A stretch of 64,000 nt of DNA. It comes from Podarcis pityusensis (Eukaryota). This document shows, piece by piece, positions 12,201-23,872 of the stretch (position 1 is the first letter of the stretch; every line of letters starts with the position of its first letter). The stretch lies in the NCBI GenBank assembly GCA_964106645.2, contig OZ067050.1; one strand, written 5' to 3'. Both the position numbers and the translations under genes were made by a program. The notes beneath the pieces are model-generated. The model was not told the DNA's origin, did not search any database, and worked only from the letters and a program-made list of their open reading frames with translations.

Positions 12201-15200
12201 GATGAAGGCATGGAAGAAAACAGCCACAGAGAAGGAACATATTCCCCTCTGTGTGTTCAGATGTTTCCCACATGATCTGCTGACAACCTTTTTAATCCAT
12301 TTTGCTTCAGGTACGACAATGATGTGGCTCTCCGCCAGAGCGTTGAAGCTGACACCAATGGCCTCCGTAAGGTCCTAGATGAGATAACCATGAGCAGGAG
12401 TGATCTTGAAATGCAGATTGAAAGCCTGACTGAGGAGCTTGAGTACATGAAGAAGACTCATGAAGAGGTAATGTAGGTCTCAGTAATGCCTAAAGTCAGG
12501 TCCAATATGTGTGTGTTTGTGTATATTTACCTTTACATATGTAGGGATGCGGGTGGCGCTGTGGGTTAAAGCACAGAGCCTAGGACTTGCCGATCAGAAG
12601 GTCAGCGGTTCGAATCCCCGCGACGGGGTGAGCTCCCGTTGCTCGGTCCCTGCTCCTGCCAACCTAGCAATTCGAAAGCATGTCAAAGTGCAAGCAGATA
12701 AATAGGTACCGCTCTGGCAGGAAGGTAAACGGCATTTCCGTGCGCTGCTCTGGTTCACCAGAAGTGGCTTAGTCATGCTGGCCACATCACCCAGAAGCTA
12801 TCTGCAGACAAACGCCGGCTCCCTCGGCCTATAGAGCGAGATGAGCGCCGCAACCCCAGAGTCGGTCACGACTGGACCTAATGGTCAGGGGTCCCTTTAC
12901 CTTTACCTTTACATATACACACACATCTTAAGGGCAATGGGTGCTTGGCGGGGGACTTAATAGTATTGGTTTGCATTACCCATATACATAATAGGGGAGC
13001 GGGTGGCACTGTGGTCTAAACCACTGAGCCTCTTGGGCTTGCTGATCAGAAGGTCGGCAGTTCAAAATAACACGATGGGGTGAGGTACTGTTGCTTTGCC
13101 CCAGCTTCTGCCAACCTAGCAGTTCAAAAGTACACCAGTGCAAGTATATAAATAGGTACCGCTGCGGCGGGAAGGTAAATGGCATTTCTGTGCGTTCTGG
13201 TTTCCATCACGGTGTTCCGTTGCTCCAGAAGCTGGCTACATGAACTGGAAAGCTGTCTGTGGACAAACGCTGGCTCCTGTGGCCTGAAAGCGAGATGAGT
13301 GCCACATGCCAGTCACCTTTTCACCTTTAAAGGCCTTTTCACCTTTACATAGATAATAAACAGACCAGTGTCCAAAGCAAGCTTTAGCTATGCAGGAAAA
13401 ACTTAAGATAAATGATGGCGCAGAATACAAATATTACAGGGGTACTAACTTGAATAAAATATTGTTGGGGGACCAGGTAAGCCCCACCCCGCATAATCAC
13501 ATGACACAGTGTACAATACAACATTTGAATGGGAATGCTCATCAATTCTGTGAGGGCCCGGCCCCCTCAAATATTTTATTGTGGGGGCCAAGGCCCCATG
13601 GTAAGAGCAGGCACCCCCAAACTCAGTCCTCCAGATGTTTTGGGACTACACCTCCCACCATCCCTAGCTAACAGGACCAGTGGTCAGGGATGATGAGAAT
13701 TGTAGTCCCAAAACACCTGGAGGGCCAAGTTTGGGGGTGCCTGGGTAAGAGGGACCCCAAACCTACGCCTGCTCAATCTATTTTGGATCAGATACAGACC
13801 TCTCTGGAGTCTGGGCAGTAGAAGCAAAGCTATTGAAACCAGTAAACATCATCTAGAAAACATTACAATTACTCAGAGATACTCCTGGTATTTTTTAAAA
13901 AGAAGATTTATTTTCCTGCTCTTGCAGCAAGTGTTGAAAGAACATTTTTATTGATGCAGGATATGAGCTCTGTGACTGATACCACTGCCGGAGGCATTGA
14001 TGTGCAAATGAATGCCGCCCCAGGAGTTGACCTGACTGCGCTCCTCAATAAGATGAGAGGAGAATATGAAGCCCTCGCTGAGGAGAACAGGCAAGACATT
14101 GAGGCCTGGTTCAACGAACAGGTAGGTGGCGGAAATGCTCACTTTTTTATTATTTCAATAGTTTTCATTTGGTTTTACAAATTCATTCACACTCATAGGC
14201 ACAAGTAATAAAAAATAACACAAGATTCTTCCGAAACTCAAGACTTCCTTCCTCCCCTCCGTGGGTTATTTAAGGTAACTTTTTTTAAAACTGCATATTA
14301 TATGTCCATCTAATTTACAATCCTCCATTGTATCGAAGGTCTATGTATCATTGCAACCTTTAAAACCTGCCAAAGAGTTCAAGTGTTTACAGTGGTCTTT
14401 CAAATATAATATGAATTTGTCCCATTCCTTGTTGAAGCTTTGATCCTCCTGATTTCTGATTTTCCCAGTTAAACTTGCCATCTCTACATAGTCCAGTAGT
14501 TTCATCTGCCAGTCCACCTTCGTAGACATCTTGTCATCTTCCCAGCTCTGGGCAAGCAGCATCCTTGCAGCTATTGTAGCATACATAAACAATCTTTTCA
14601 GTTCCTTCAGTATCTCTGCACCTACAATTCCTAACAAAAAGGCTTCTGTTTTTTTTAACAAAAGTTATTTGAAACATATTTTTCAATCCATTATATATCA
14701 TTTCCCAGAATTCCTTTATCACTTTACAATTCCACCACATATGATAAAAGGTGCCTTCTTTTTGTCTTGCAGAAAACGCTCACTTTTGACTTCACAGAGG
14801 ACTCTTCCTTAAGCAAAATTATTCATTTGACTAAAAATCTTTGGATAACTCTCTCCCTCTTTTAATCACTTTATTTCAGAGTCAAGAACTGAATAAGCAG
14901 ATCAGCAGCAGCGTTGAAGAGACCAGCACCAACAAGAGTGAGATTACCGAACTAAGACACACTCTGCAAAGCCTAGAAATGGAACTGCAAACCCAATTGT
15001 CTATGGTATAAGAATTCTTTCTTTCATTCAGTTAGCATCCTTTTTTCTTTGAGAATTTTTATTTTACAATTTTACAATTGCAAATAAACATTTCACAAGC
15101 TTTAAAATATCCAGGGACTTTCCTTCTTCTCTTTCCGTGGTTCATTTTGCATATCATACATCCCTGCATATTTTACTATAACCATTCAAATCAATTTTCC

Positions 15201-18200
15201 ACTTTTACATCTGTCAAAAATTATTTACTCTGTTGAATTTATCTTAAGGCTGCCAGTGTTTTCAGCTGTATACAACCATTTCCCACATATTCAATAAATG
15301 TTTTCCACTCTTCTTTAAAGATATGTTCTCCTTGCTCTCTTATTCTATGTGTTAAATCTGCAAGTTCTGCAGATTCTGTCGACTTAAGTTGCCTGTCCTC
15401 TTTAGTTGGGACCTCGCTCACTTTCCATTTTGGGGCTAACAGTCAGCATCTTTCTTTACTTATTACTTTATTACCTTTCTAACCCTTCCTTAAGTTTAAA
15501 ACAAGAAGAGAGATAGAGAATATACACAGAGGGTACACATGGCCTTGTGGCATCCAGCCCTACCATTAAACATACTATGATCTTTTAAATGTGTTTGTGG
15601 GAGGGGCTATTTGTTTGTTTATGTTTTTTATTATCTGTTTGTGTTCTCGTTTTATCTTTTTATTCAACTTCCAATGTTCCATTTCCCCCCCTTTCATCAG
15701 AAACAATCTCTGGAGGCCACCCTGGCAGATGTAGAAGGCAGATTCTGTGGCGAACTTGCCCAGATACAAGGAGTGATAAGCAATGTTGAGGGACAAGTGG
15801 TGCAGATCAGGGAAGACATGGAAAGCCAAAATAGAGAATATGAACAGCTCCTGGATATCAAGATCCGCCTGGAGAATGAGATCGAGACTTACCGCAGTCT
15901 GCTGGATGGAGGAGACAGGTAAAAAAGGGAGGAACGTGGTAGAATCTGCTGTTCCTAAATGTCTTTGATTCTCCTTTGCCTAAGGGTCCACACATCACTT
16001 GGTTTCTCATTGCTTAATTGGACGTTCCCCCTCTCAATATGCACATTCTCCAGTCAGTTTGCATAGTCTCCAAGAAACATGCCCTTTCTTTCTATTTCTG
16101 GTTCAGAAAAGGGCAAATGTATTATGAGGCAGCCTGCTTGTGCTGGTTAAAAGAATTGATCATTTTGAATAATGCAGACATCCTGGATTTAGAAGGTCAC
16201 GATTTAAACTTCAGCTGGCATGCATGTCTCTGGTATGGGAAGGCGAGAACTTATAAAAGTTTTATGAACCATAATCTAAGGAAGAATTTCTATAGAGTTT
16301 GGGAGAAATAGAAAAATCTGCTGGAAAGGAAAACATCTTTATGGCTACAGTGGAACCTCGAGTTGCAGACATAATCCGTCCCGGAGGCACGTCCGCAACT
16401 TGAAGCATTCACATCCAGATGCTCCACATCTGCGCACATGCAAAGTGGGGGAAAGGGCTGTGAGAGAAAGAGTGTGAAGTACTTCTGCACCCAACCACCC
16501 ACAATGATATTAGCACACTTACTCAATACATCCAAACTTCATTACAGTTCAGATAGATGTTGCCTTTTCTCATCTTTTTTTATCTCGATCCCACATAATA
16601 TCTACAATAAAGACTTTACTGATCTTGGTACTGTCAAAGGTACATTCACAGAAGCCCTCTCCCCCCCCCCCAACCAAGGCTAAAGTTTGTTTGTTTTTTA
16701 CTGTTCTTATAGTGATTTTGAATCTGGATCCAGAAGAACCTCTTCAGAAACTAGATCTAGAGGATCTGTAGGTTCAAGTTCTAGAGACCAGACATCTTCC
16801 AGCTCTGGATCCAGAGCTTTTGGCAGTGGAGACTCGAGATCCACAGGATCTAGAGGGTTCGGATCTTCCAGTTCTTCAGATTCCAGATCCAGGGTCCAAG
16901 AAACTTCCAGCTTTCAGTCACAGTCCAGAGGCTCTGGGTCTGCAGACTCACAATCTAGAAGCTCAGGATCTACAGACAGAGGATTTAGTGGTGAAAGTTC
17001 CCAGGATTCAGGATCAAGATATGGAAGCAGCAGCAGAGGTAATACATATTGCTCTTATTTTTCTGTTAAAAATGCACATTTCTATTTTTGTTAAAAATGC
17101 ACATTTATTTTGCTACTAATTTCAGAGGGTGAAATAGTGCTGATAAATTGCCTATTGGAGTACCAAAATTGAACTGAGAAAGTTCCGTATATGGCAGGGT
17201 TGTGCTGGTGAAGAAAGAATCAATGTTAAGGAGCCACCAGTGTAATAACAACTTTACCTCAAATGGTCACTGTGGCGTTTGCCTCCTAGAGTGGGTCATA
17301 AGGAAAGGGTTAAATGAGTGTGATGTGATTGGCCAGTGGGAATGCAAGGGAGGAGTAAAAGTTAGAGTGGGAGGTTTTGAAAGTCAGTTGAGGTTTGGGA
17401 ATTGGAGAAGGAAGGGGGAGGATTAGGTGTGGGTTGGTAGAGTTTATTGTGAGAGAGTGAGAGGAATTGTCAGGTGGAGTCAGATAGATAGTTGGGAATA
17501 ATCAGTTTGAAGTTGTTAGGAACTAAGATCTAAGCAAAATTAACTGAAACCATAAGCTTGTTCCTGCATTTAAAAATAAACTTGATTATTTGTTAATGTT
17601 AACAATTGTCTGGACTCCGTGTGTCCCCGTGAGATATGGCGTGGTGGCAGCGGAAAAAGCAATCGCAGTGGTGGCACAGGGTCAATAGACCAGGGGCCCT
17701 GTGTGTGATCGCCACAGTCACCCAGTGCAGAAATTGCCCAGTGGGATGGTTGATCAGGGTTGCAGCTGCTCCCACTGACCCTCTTCCCTCCAAGCTGCTA
17801 TTTGCATGGGCTATGAATTGTGGGTCAACTCTGGGCAAATGGGATATTGATGGCACAGAGTGTGTGGCACAATGACAGAGCATCTGCCTTACATACAGAA
17901 CATCCCAGGTTCAATCACCTACATATCCAAGCAGAACTGGGAAAGCAGACAGAAACCTGGATAGCTGCTGCCAATCAGTATAGACAATACTGGCTTATAT
18001 GGGTCAATGGTCTGGTTCACTATAAGGCAGCTTTCTGTATTTCTAAGTAGTACAGTACCCCCCCCCCATGTTTAAATAAGAGCTCCGTGATCTGCCTGTT
18101 TAAAAGAATAACTGCTCTCCTAAATGCCTGCATTTTCTTTCTTGCACAGATGTACAAAAAACAAGAGTGATCAAGACAATAGTGGAAGATAGAATTGGTG

Positions 18201-18253
18201 ATCAAGTCGTCTCGACTCACGTCCAGTCGGTTGAAGAAAAGCCAATTAAATAA
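9206..18253 (+). CDS. Type I keratin gene A (K10-like; 8 exons, 604 aa, long Ser/Arg/Gly tail)
   Basis: join(9206..9844,11178..11260,12311..12467,13960..14121,14880..15005,15701..15918,16713..17038,18150..18253) = 1815 nt, open frame, all introns GT-AG. Gly/Ser head, [56 protein letters not shown]-terminal [11 protein letters not shown]...[18 protein letters not shown] and KQSLEA resemble K10 (recalled sequence). Confidence 0.95.
9305..9439 (+). repeat. 3 x 45-bp coding tandem repeat in gene A head
   Basis: [15 protein letters not shown] / [15 protein letters not shown] / [15 protein letters not shown]. Confidence 0.9.
9919..10142. mobile_element. Tigger-like MITE (second family), gene A intron 1
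   Basis: TA-CAGTCGTACCTTGG...CCAAGGTACGGCTA-TA; related copies at 36229 and 53581. Confidence 0.75.
10305..10485 (-). mobile_element. tRNA-derived SINE with CR1-like tail
   Basis: ...ggagatgccagggattgaa...tgcatgcaaagcagatgctcta...tgag; related copies at about 17850-18045 (+), 32212-32370 and 40215-40410. Confidence 0.6.
11675..12012 (+). mobile_element. Sauria SINE (POM/Squam1-like)
   Basis: gctgtgggttaaaccacagagcctag...ggtcaggggtccctttaccttta; (ACCTTT)n tail. Confidence 0.9.
12544..12911 (+). mobile_element. Sauria SINE, full length
   Basis: gggatgcgggtggcgctg head, ACCTTT tail, flanking duplication tttacctttacatat. Confidence 0.9.
12995..13347 (+). mobile_element. Sauria SINE (diverged subfamily)
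   Basis: Same architecture with a different internal segment. Confidence 0.8.
13608..13743. mobile_element. hAT MITE
   Basis: TIR CAGGCACCCCCAAACT/AGTTTGGGGGTGCCTG; 8-bp TSD ggtaagag (13600-13607, 13744-13751). Confidence 0.9.
14143..14770 (-). mobile_element. L1/Tx1 LINE 3' fragment
   Basis: Minus-strand [13 protein letters not shown]...[10 protein letters not shown]...FNKEWDKF, typical of the L1 ORF2 C-terminus. Confidence 0.8.
15049..15442 (-). mobile_element. L1/Tx1 LINE 3' fragment (second)
   Basis: ...[11 protein letters not shown]...LKTLAALR*, homologous to the 14143 copy. Confidence 0.75.
17271..17716 (+). mobile_element. Solo LTR (446 bp) in gene A intron 7
   Basis: TGTGGCG...CGCCACA inverted termini, 5-bp TSD GTCAC (17266-17270, 17717-17721), internal AATAAA at 17575. 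Confidence 0.8.
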
Positions 18254-18468
18254 GCCATCTCAGATTCTCATGGGGAATCTTTTGAAGCATGCCATAGCAG
18301 ATGCATGCCATGAAAAAAGCTATGCCAAGGTGTCAGGAGCTTGAAGATTTCTGCCTTAAACCCACAATGCCGTCTTAGTATTGCCTTTTTTCTCTGCTTC
18401 TTTCTTGAGCACCTTTCTTCCATGCAAACCAAGACAGAAAACCGTGATCTTATCGGCTAGCAGCCTGC

Positions 18469-18474
18469 AATAAA
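18469..18474 (+). terminator. Polyadenylation signal, gene A
   Basis: AATAAA about 215 bp after the stop codon, followed by GT/T-rich sequence. Confidence 0.75.
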
Positions 18475-19021
18475 GATTTTCCTTCTGTAGCAAGTAAATG
18501 ATAACATTGTGGTCAGGTGTCTTTCTTTTAAAGCATTGTCTACATACTGCCTGTGCCAGTCTTCTCCAAACTGGTGGCTTCTAGGTGCGTGGGACTACAA
18601 CTCCCATTAGCCCCGACCAGTACAGCAAGGAAGGAACGTGGATCTCTTGGTTTCAGATCTACAAACCAGTCACGGATGGGACAACCCTCAAACTGAGGAC
18701 ACCATCTAAGAGAGGGCTGCCCTCTGAGCATCCTTCAAAAGAGAGGACTACACTCAGTAAAACAATCACAGCAGCCCTGTTTCCAAGTTACTGCAGCTGT
18801 GTGCATCTTAATTGCCCAGCCCCATGAAGATCCTCCACATAGAAGCCCCAATGATCATGAAGGTCATCTCCATGTATGTGAGGCCAGGCTGTGAGTTCAA
18901 AAAACCCCTGCGCTCCTGAAGCACTTGTGGAGAAGCTGTCATTAGACCACCAGTCACATGTTGGTGCAGGGATAGGCCAAAGGGCTGAATGTGGCCCTCT
19001 AGGCCTCTCTACCTCTCAGGA

Positions 19022-19372
19022 GAGACGTGGGTGACACTGTGGGTTAAACCACAGAGCCTAGAGCTTGCCGATCAGAAGGTTGGCGGTTCGAATCCCCAGG
19101 ACAGGGTGAGCTCCCGTTGCTTGGTCCCTTCTCCTGCCAACCTAGCGGTTCGAAAGCACGTCAAAGTGCAAGTAGATAAATAGGTACCGCTCCGGCAGGA
19201 AGGTAAATGGTGTTTCCGTGTGCTGCTCTGGTTCGCCAGAAGCGGCTTAGTCATGCTGGCCACATGACCCGGAAGCTGTACGCCAGCTCCCTCAGCCAAT
19301 AAAGCGAGAAGAGCGCTGCAACCCCAGAGTCGGTCACGACTGGACCTAATGGTCAGGGGTCCCTTTACCTTT
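19022..19372 (+). mobile_element. Sauria SINE
   Basis: Full length; TSD tacctctcagga. Confidence 0.9.
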
Positions 19373-20126
19373 ACCTCTCAGGAATCCAGGCCACACTTCC
19401 TCCCTAGCCACCCATTCTTTCCCCAAACTACACCCCTTATCTGCCCTGTTTCACACCCTCGACGGCTGTGTTTTCCTGACTGGAATATGTTCTAATAATT
19501 CTGCTTGATTTCCTGGACAGAGAATGTGTGTAGAAACTTATTCCACCCACTTTTGCTCTGCCCAGCACTGACTTGTGGCCCCTGGAAGATTGCCACAGGG
19601 GAATGTGGCCCTCACAGTCCTCATCTCTGTTCTTGGATCCTGGAGTTTGGTACGACAAGTTTCCTGCCCAGACCCAAACTGTAGGGGACGTGGATGTGGC
19701 CAACTGAAAACAGGAGTGGGGAAATGAGAAATGGAAAAAAAACCCCAAATTTGCAGATTCTCCCATCCCTATCGGTTGGTGGCCTTAAACAAGTAACACA
19801 GGGATTATAGTGATCCGACACATAAGGTTCCTAGGAGTCCAGACAAACTGAAAATGGCACAGCACTTCACACATTAAATTTACTAAATAAATAATTCTTA
19901 GCAATAAATCCTAGCTTCACTGAAACTGTCATCAGCTTCAGCAGCCAAAGACTACACCCTTTGGCAAACAGCTGTCGCCCGTAAATTTTGCTGCTGCAAG
20001 ATGGGTGTAATTTCTGTCACCTTCTGTTCCTGTGCTGGGCTGATCCAATTAATAAACCAGATTGCCTTATTCTGCAGAATGACGAAAAGTCCCCAAATTA
20101 AACAGCTGCATTCCAAAGTCCATCTG

Positions 20127-20356
20127 TACAGTGGTACCTCAGGTTACATACGCTTCAGGTTACAGACTCAGCTAACCCAGAAATATTGCCTCGGGTTAAA
20201 TACTTTGCTTCAGGATGAGAACAGTAATTGTGCTCCAGTGGCGCGGCAGCAGCAGGAGGCCCCACTAGATAAAGTGGTGCTTCAGGTTAAGAACGGTTTC
20301 AGGTTAAGTACGGACCTCTGGAAAGAATTAAGTACTTAACCTGAGGTACCACTGTA
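20127..20356. mobile_element. Tigger-like MITE
   Basis: TA-CAGTGGTACCTCAGG...CTGAGGTACCACTG-TA. Confidence 0.85.
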
Positions 20357-21002
20357 TAGGTCAGTTGGCCCATTTTACCTACCCATGTAGATTAAATGAC
20401 CACAGTTGACTTTTTTGTCTTTCTTAAGGGCTGCCTCCTTTTCATTTAAAAAAAAACAAAACAGGGGCAACTGTAGCTCTTGTTCCTCTCAGTGTACTGT
20501 ACTTTGTAGGCACCTTTGAAGCCAATGGCATCCTGGCTGCCTACTAGCCTATTATCTTCCCCTTGTTTCCCAAAAGGTCAATGAGTATAACAGCTGAGTT
20601 TATGCAGGAACAGTATCCTGCATATCCAAAGTGGTACTGGAGAAGATTGGTGGTATTGCAGCCTGTTCACTCTGGAAACATAGCAATGGCTGGCTACCTG
20701 CCACTCTTACTTTATTACGATTTGTTAATTGATATCATTTTACCCTGCCCTTCCTCCAAGGAGCGCACAGCGGCGTACATGTGCCTTCCCTGCCACAGCG
20801 CATTTTATTCTCACAACAACCTTGCACGGTAGGTTAGATTGAGAGTGTGCAGCTGGCCCAAGGTTGCAGACTGAGCGGACAGACAAGGTCAGTTGGTTGC
20901 CCCAAAAGAGGACATCGATTTGCATAACTTTTGAATGTGCTGTGTATGCACATAGGTGAAAATTTTGGGGGAGGGGGGAATCACGATAATTTAAATAGAA
21001 AT

Positions 21003-21345
21003 GCATCTCAGTCCAGTATACCTGAAGGAGCGTCTCCACCCCCATCGTTCCGCCCGGACACTGAGGTCCAGTGCCAAGGGCCTTCTGGTGGTTCCCTCAC
21101 TGTGAGAAGCCAAGTTACAGGGAACCAGGCAGAGGGCCTTCTTGGTAGTGGCACCCGCCCTGTGGAACGCCCTCCCACCAGATGTCAAAGAGAAGAACAA
21201 CTACCAGACTTTTAGAAGACATCTGAAGGCAGCCCTGTTTAGGGAAGCTTTTAATGTTTAATAGACTACTGTATTTTAATATTCTGTTGGAAGCCTCACA
21301 AAGTGGCTGGGGAAACCCAGCCAGATGGGTGGGGTATAAATAATA

Positions 21346-21386
<41 letters not shown>
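21003..21386 (+). mobile_element. L2 LINE 3' end with (TTA)n tail
   Basis: YLKERL...RAFLVVAPALWNALP L2 C-terminal motif; (TTA)n at about 21345-21386. Confidence 0.8.
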
Positions 21387-21387
<1 letters not shown>

Positions 21388-22369
21388 CCCATCATTGTGC
21401 AGAAGACAGTGAGCAGGTGCCCTGCATGCAGTGGCGGAGCTTCATGCTCCGGCACCGGGGGGCGGAGAGCAGGTGGGGGCATGGCTAGTGCATGTCCTGG
21501 GGGTGTGGTGCATCACCCACAGGGGCGTGGCACGTGTCGTGGGGCAGTGGCACACATCCTGGGGGTGTGGCGCTCATCCTGGGACCATGGTGTGCCGCCT
21601 ACGGGGGCATGGCGCCCAGCACGGGTGGGGGAGCAGCTGCGATGGCACCCCACCGGGATTGTGCTGCTGGGGCAGTGTGCTCACCCCATCTTCCTCCACC
21701 AGTGCCTGCATGCCGCCGGCTCAATCTGCTCTCTGGGTGCTAACTCTTCACAGCAAACGCCAAGTTCCCTGCATGCTATATCTTTAAAATGGACTCGGGC
21801 CAGACCAGAGGGGCCTCCAAACAGAGGATTTTCCTGTGACACCTCTTCCAACGAAGGCCTCTTCTTTTGTAAAGTAAGATACAAAGCCACCCCAAATCTA
21901 GCTCCCTTGCACACTGCCTCATGCCCCATCCAGTATCGAAGATTACGATCCACTCAGGTGGCCCCGTCCTCCGTGACGTTGCGTAATTCGTTTTGATCCC
22001 ATCACTCCAAGAATTACAATTCGCTGTAACAACAGTATTTATGCAGCACTTCAGAATGTCCACAAACACTGTCTCGGTAATCCTTATAACACCCAGTGAG
22101 ATTTGTCAGGACTCTTACTCTCCCCATCTTGCAAAGATATAGGTGCAGCCGATGATAAGAGGGAGTAAACTACTTACTTCGTTAGTGCAGGCTGCGTAAC
22201 ACTACCTAACGGGATGATGGCCCAAAAAAAGTTTAAATTAGGGCTTCCGGGTTCAGAGGTCAATGTCTCTGACGCATTTGGCTACGCCTGCTCTCGCTCA
22301 GGTGTGGACAGAAGACAGATCAGGATCTACTGGGTTCGAGGCCTTTGGGTGGATGACAGTAGAATCGCC

Positions 22370-22825
22370 AGGACCGGATATAGGTTTGAAGGGGCCCTAA
22401 GCTACTGAAGGTAATGGGGCCCTTTATATGCCCAGCTGTCCTTTGTCAAAAACAAATTCTCATTGTTTTTTTATGTTGAATATATGCTATATGGTGATTT
22501 ATGGACCTGGTAGGTATCTAAAGCCATTTGCACATGTTGCCATGCAACCAGTCCATGCAGAATGTAGGCACCCCATATATAGAAATGAGCAAACCAGTGA
22601 TATTTTAGCAGGCTAGCAGGCAGCGCCCATTACTTACATTATAGGAGCCTACACAACACAAAACACTGTTGCTGTATGTACTGTAGGTTTTGTTTCATTT
22701 GTTTTTTATCTTATAGTTTGGAAATGTACATCCAGTTTGTTTTTTTCTTTGAATTTTTTGAGGGCCTCCAAGAAAGTGGAGCCCTAAGCTATGGCTTGTT
22801 TAGCTTATACGTAAATCCGACACTG
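22370..22825. mobile_element. Non-autonomous DNA transposon (Harbinger-like MITE)
   Basis: Imperfect TIRs (cagg/accggat...atccgacactg) and repeated gccctaagcta. Confidence 0.45.
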
Positions 22826-23272
22826 AGAATGGCAAGGGTTTCTAACTCCCAGTTGTTTAGCAATATCAATTTTTAAAAAAAACAACAACAAGAGGGTACC
22901 CCTAAGTGAGGTGGTTGTAATGAAAAATGCTTGGGTGGGGAATGAGTGGATTTTGAATGAAAGCACTGTGGACTCAGTTCTTGTACTGAAAACAGATTCC
23001 TGCACAGAGCATGAGCTCAGAGGCAAATCCGATCCTGACATTTGAGCACCGACTGTTCAGCCCCTTCTCTGCCCTCTGCCCTAAGGACTGGTGTGGCACC
23101 TGGTTCCAGTTGGTGAGCTCCGGATCTCACAGGTCTGCGCACATAGAATGGAAAGGCTTCAAGTATACAGCGGAAATTGAAACTAATATTGCTAAAATAT
23201 GCCTAGTGCAGTCACATTCGAATACTGTGTTGTGTGCAGAGAAAGGGGATGGAGAGACCTTTGCCCTCCCTG

Positions 23273-23872
23273 TATTATTATTATTATTATTATTATTAAT
23301 TGAATTTATATACCACCCTATACCCAGAGATCTCAGGGCAGTTCACAAAAAAGATTGCAATATATAAAATCAAAACAAAAACAATAACCCGATAATATCC
23401 TCCAAAAAAAGAGCTACATTTTAAAAGGGTATGGGATGTTGATCAGGTCAACCAAAGGCCTGGTTAAAAAGGCATGTTTTTGCTTGGTGCCTAAAGGTGT
23501 ATAATGAAGGCACCAGGCAAACATCCCTGGGGAGAGCATTCCACAGATGGGGTGCTACTGCAGAGAAGGCCCGTTCTCGTGTTGCCACCCTCTGAACCTC
23601 TCGAGGAAGAGGCACATGAAGGAGGGACTCAGATGATGATCTCAGGGTCCAGGTAGGTTCATGCGGAAAGAGGCAGTCTGTGAGGTATTGCGGTCCCGAG
23701 CCATTTAACGCTTTATAAGGCAAAACTAGCACTTTGAATTGGGCCCAGAAACTAATTGGTAGCCTGTGCAGTTGGACCGGGATCGGTGTAATATGCTTAA
23801 ACTGTCTTGCTCTGGTGAGCAACATGGCTACTGAGTTCTGCACTAGCAGAACTTCCGAACCGTCTTCAGAAG
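23273..23872 (-). mobile_element. L2 LINE 3' fragment
   Basis: ORF 23448..23843 HITPI..QLHRLP...FKVLVL.YKALNG.GPQYL...RAFSAVAPHLWNALP; (TAA)n tail. Confidence 0.85.

Noticed and set aside
11604-13185. Recurrent ORFs containing [11 protein letters not shown] or [14 protein letters not shown]
   Set aside because: Translations of Sauria SINE copies, not a protein family
16713-17038. High density of GATC/CTAG palindromic restriction-like sites suggesting synthetic DNA
   Set aside because: Explained by Gly-Ser (GGA TCN) and Ser-Arg (TCT AGA) codon pairs in a natural exon
21397-21996. 199-aa GC-rich ORF
   Set aside because: Non-ATG start, overlaps a GC-rich MITE-like repeat, no recognisable domain
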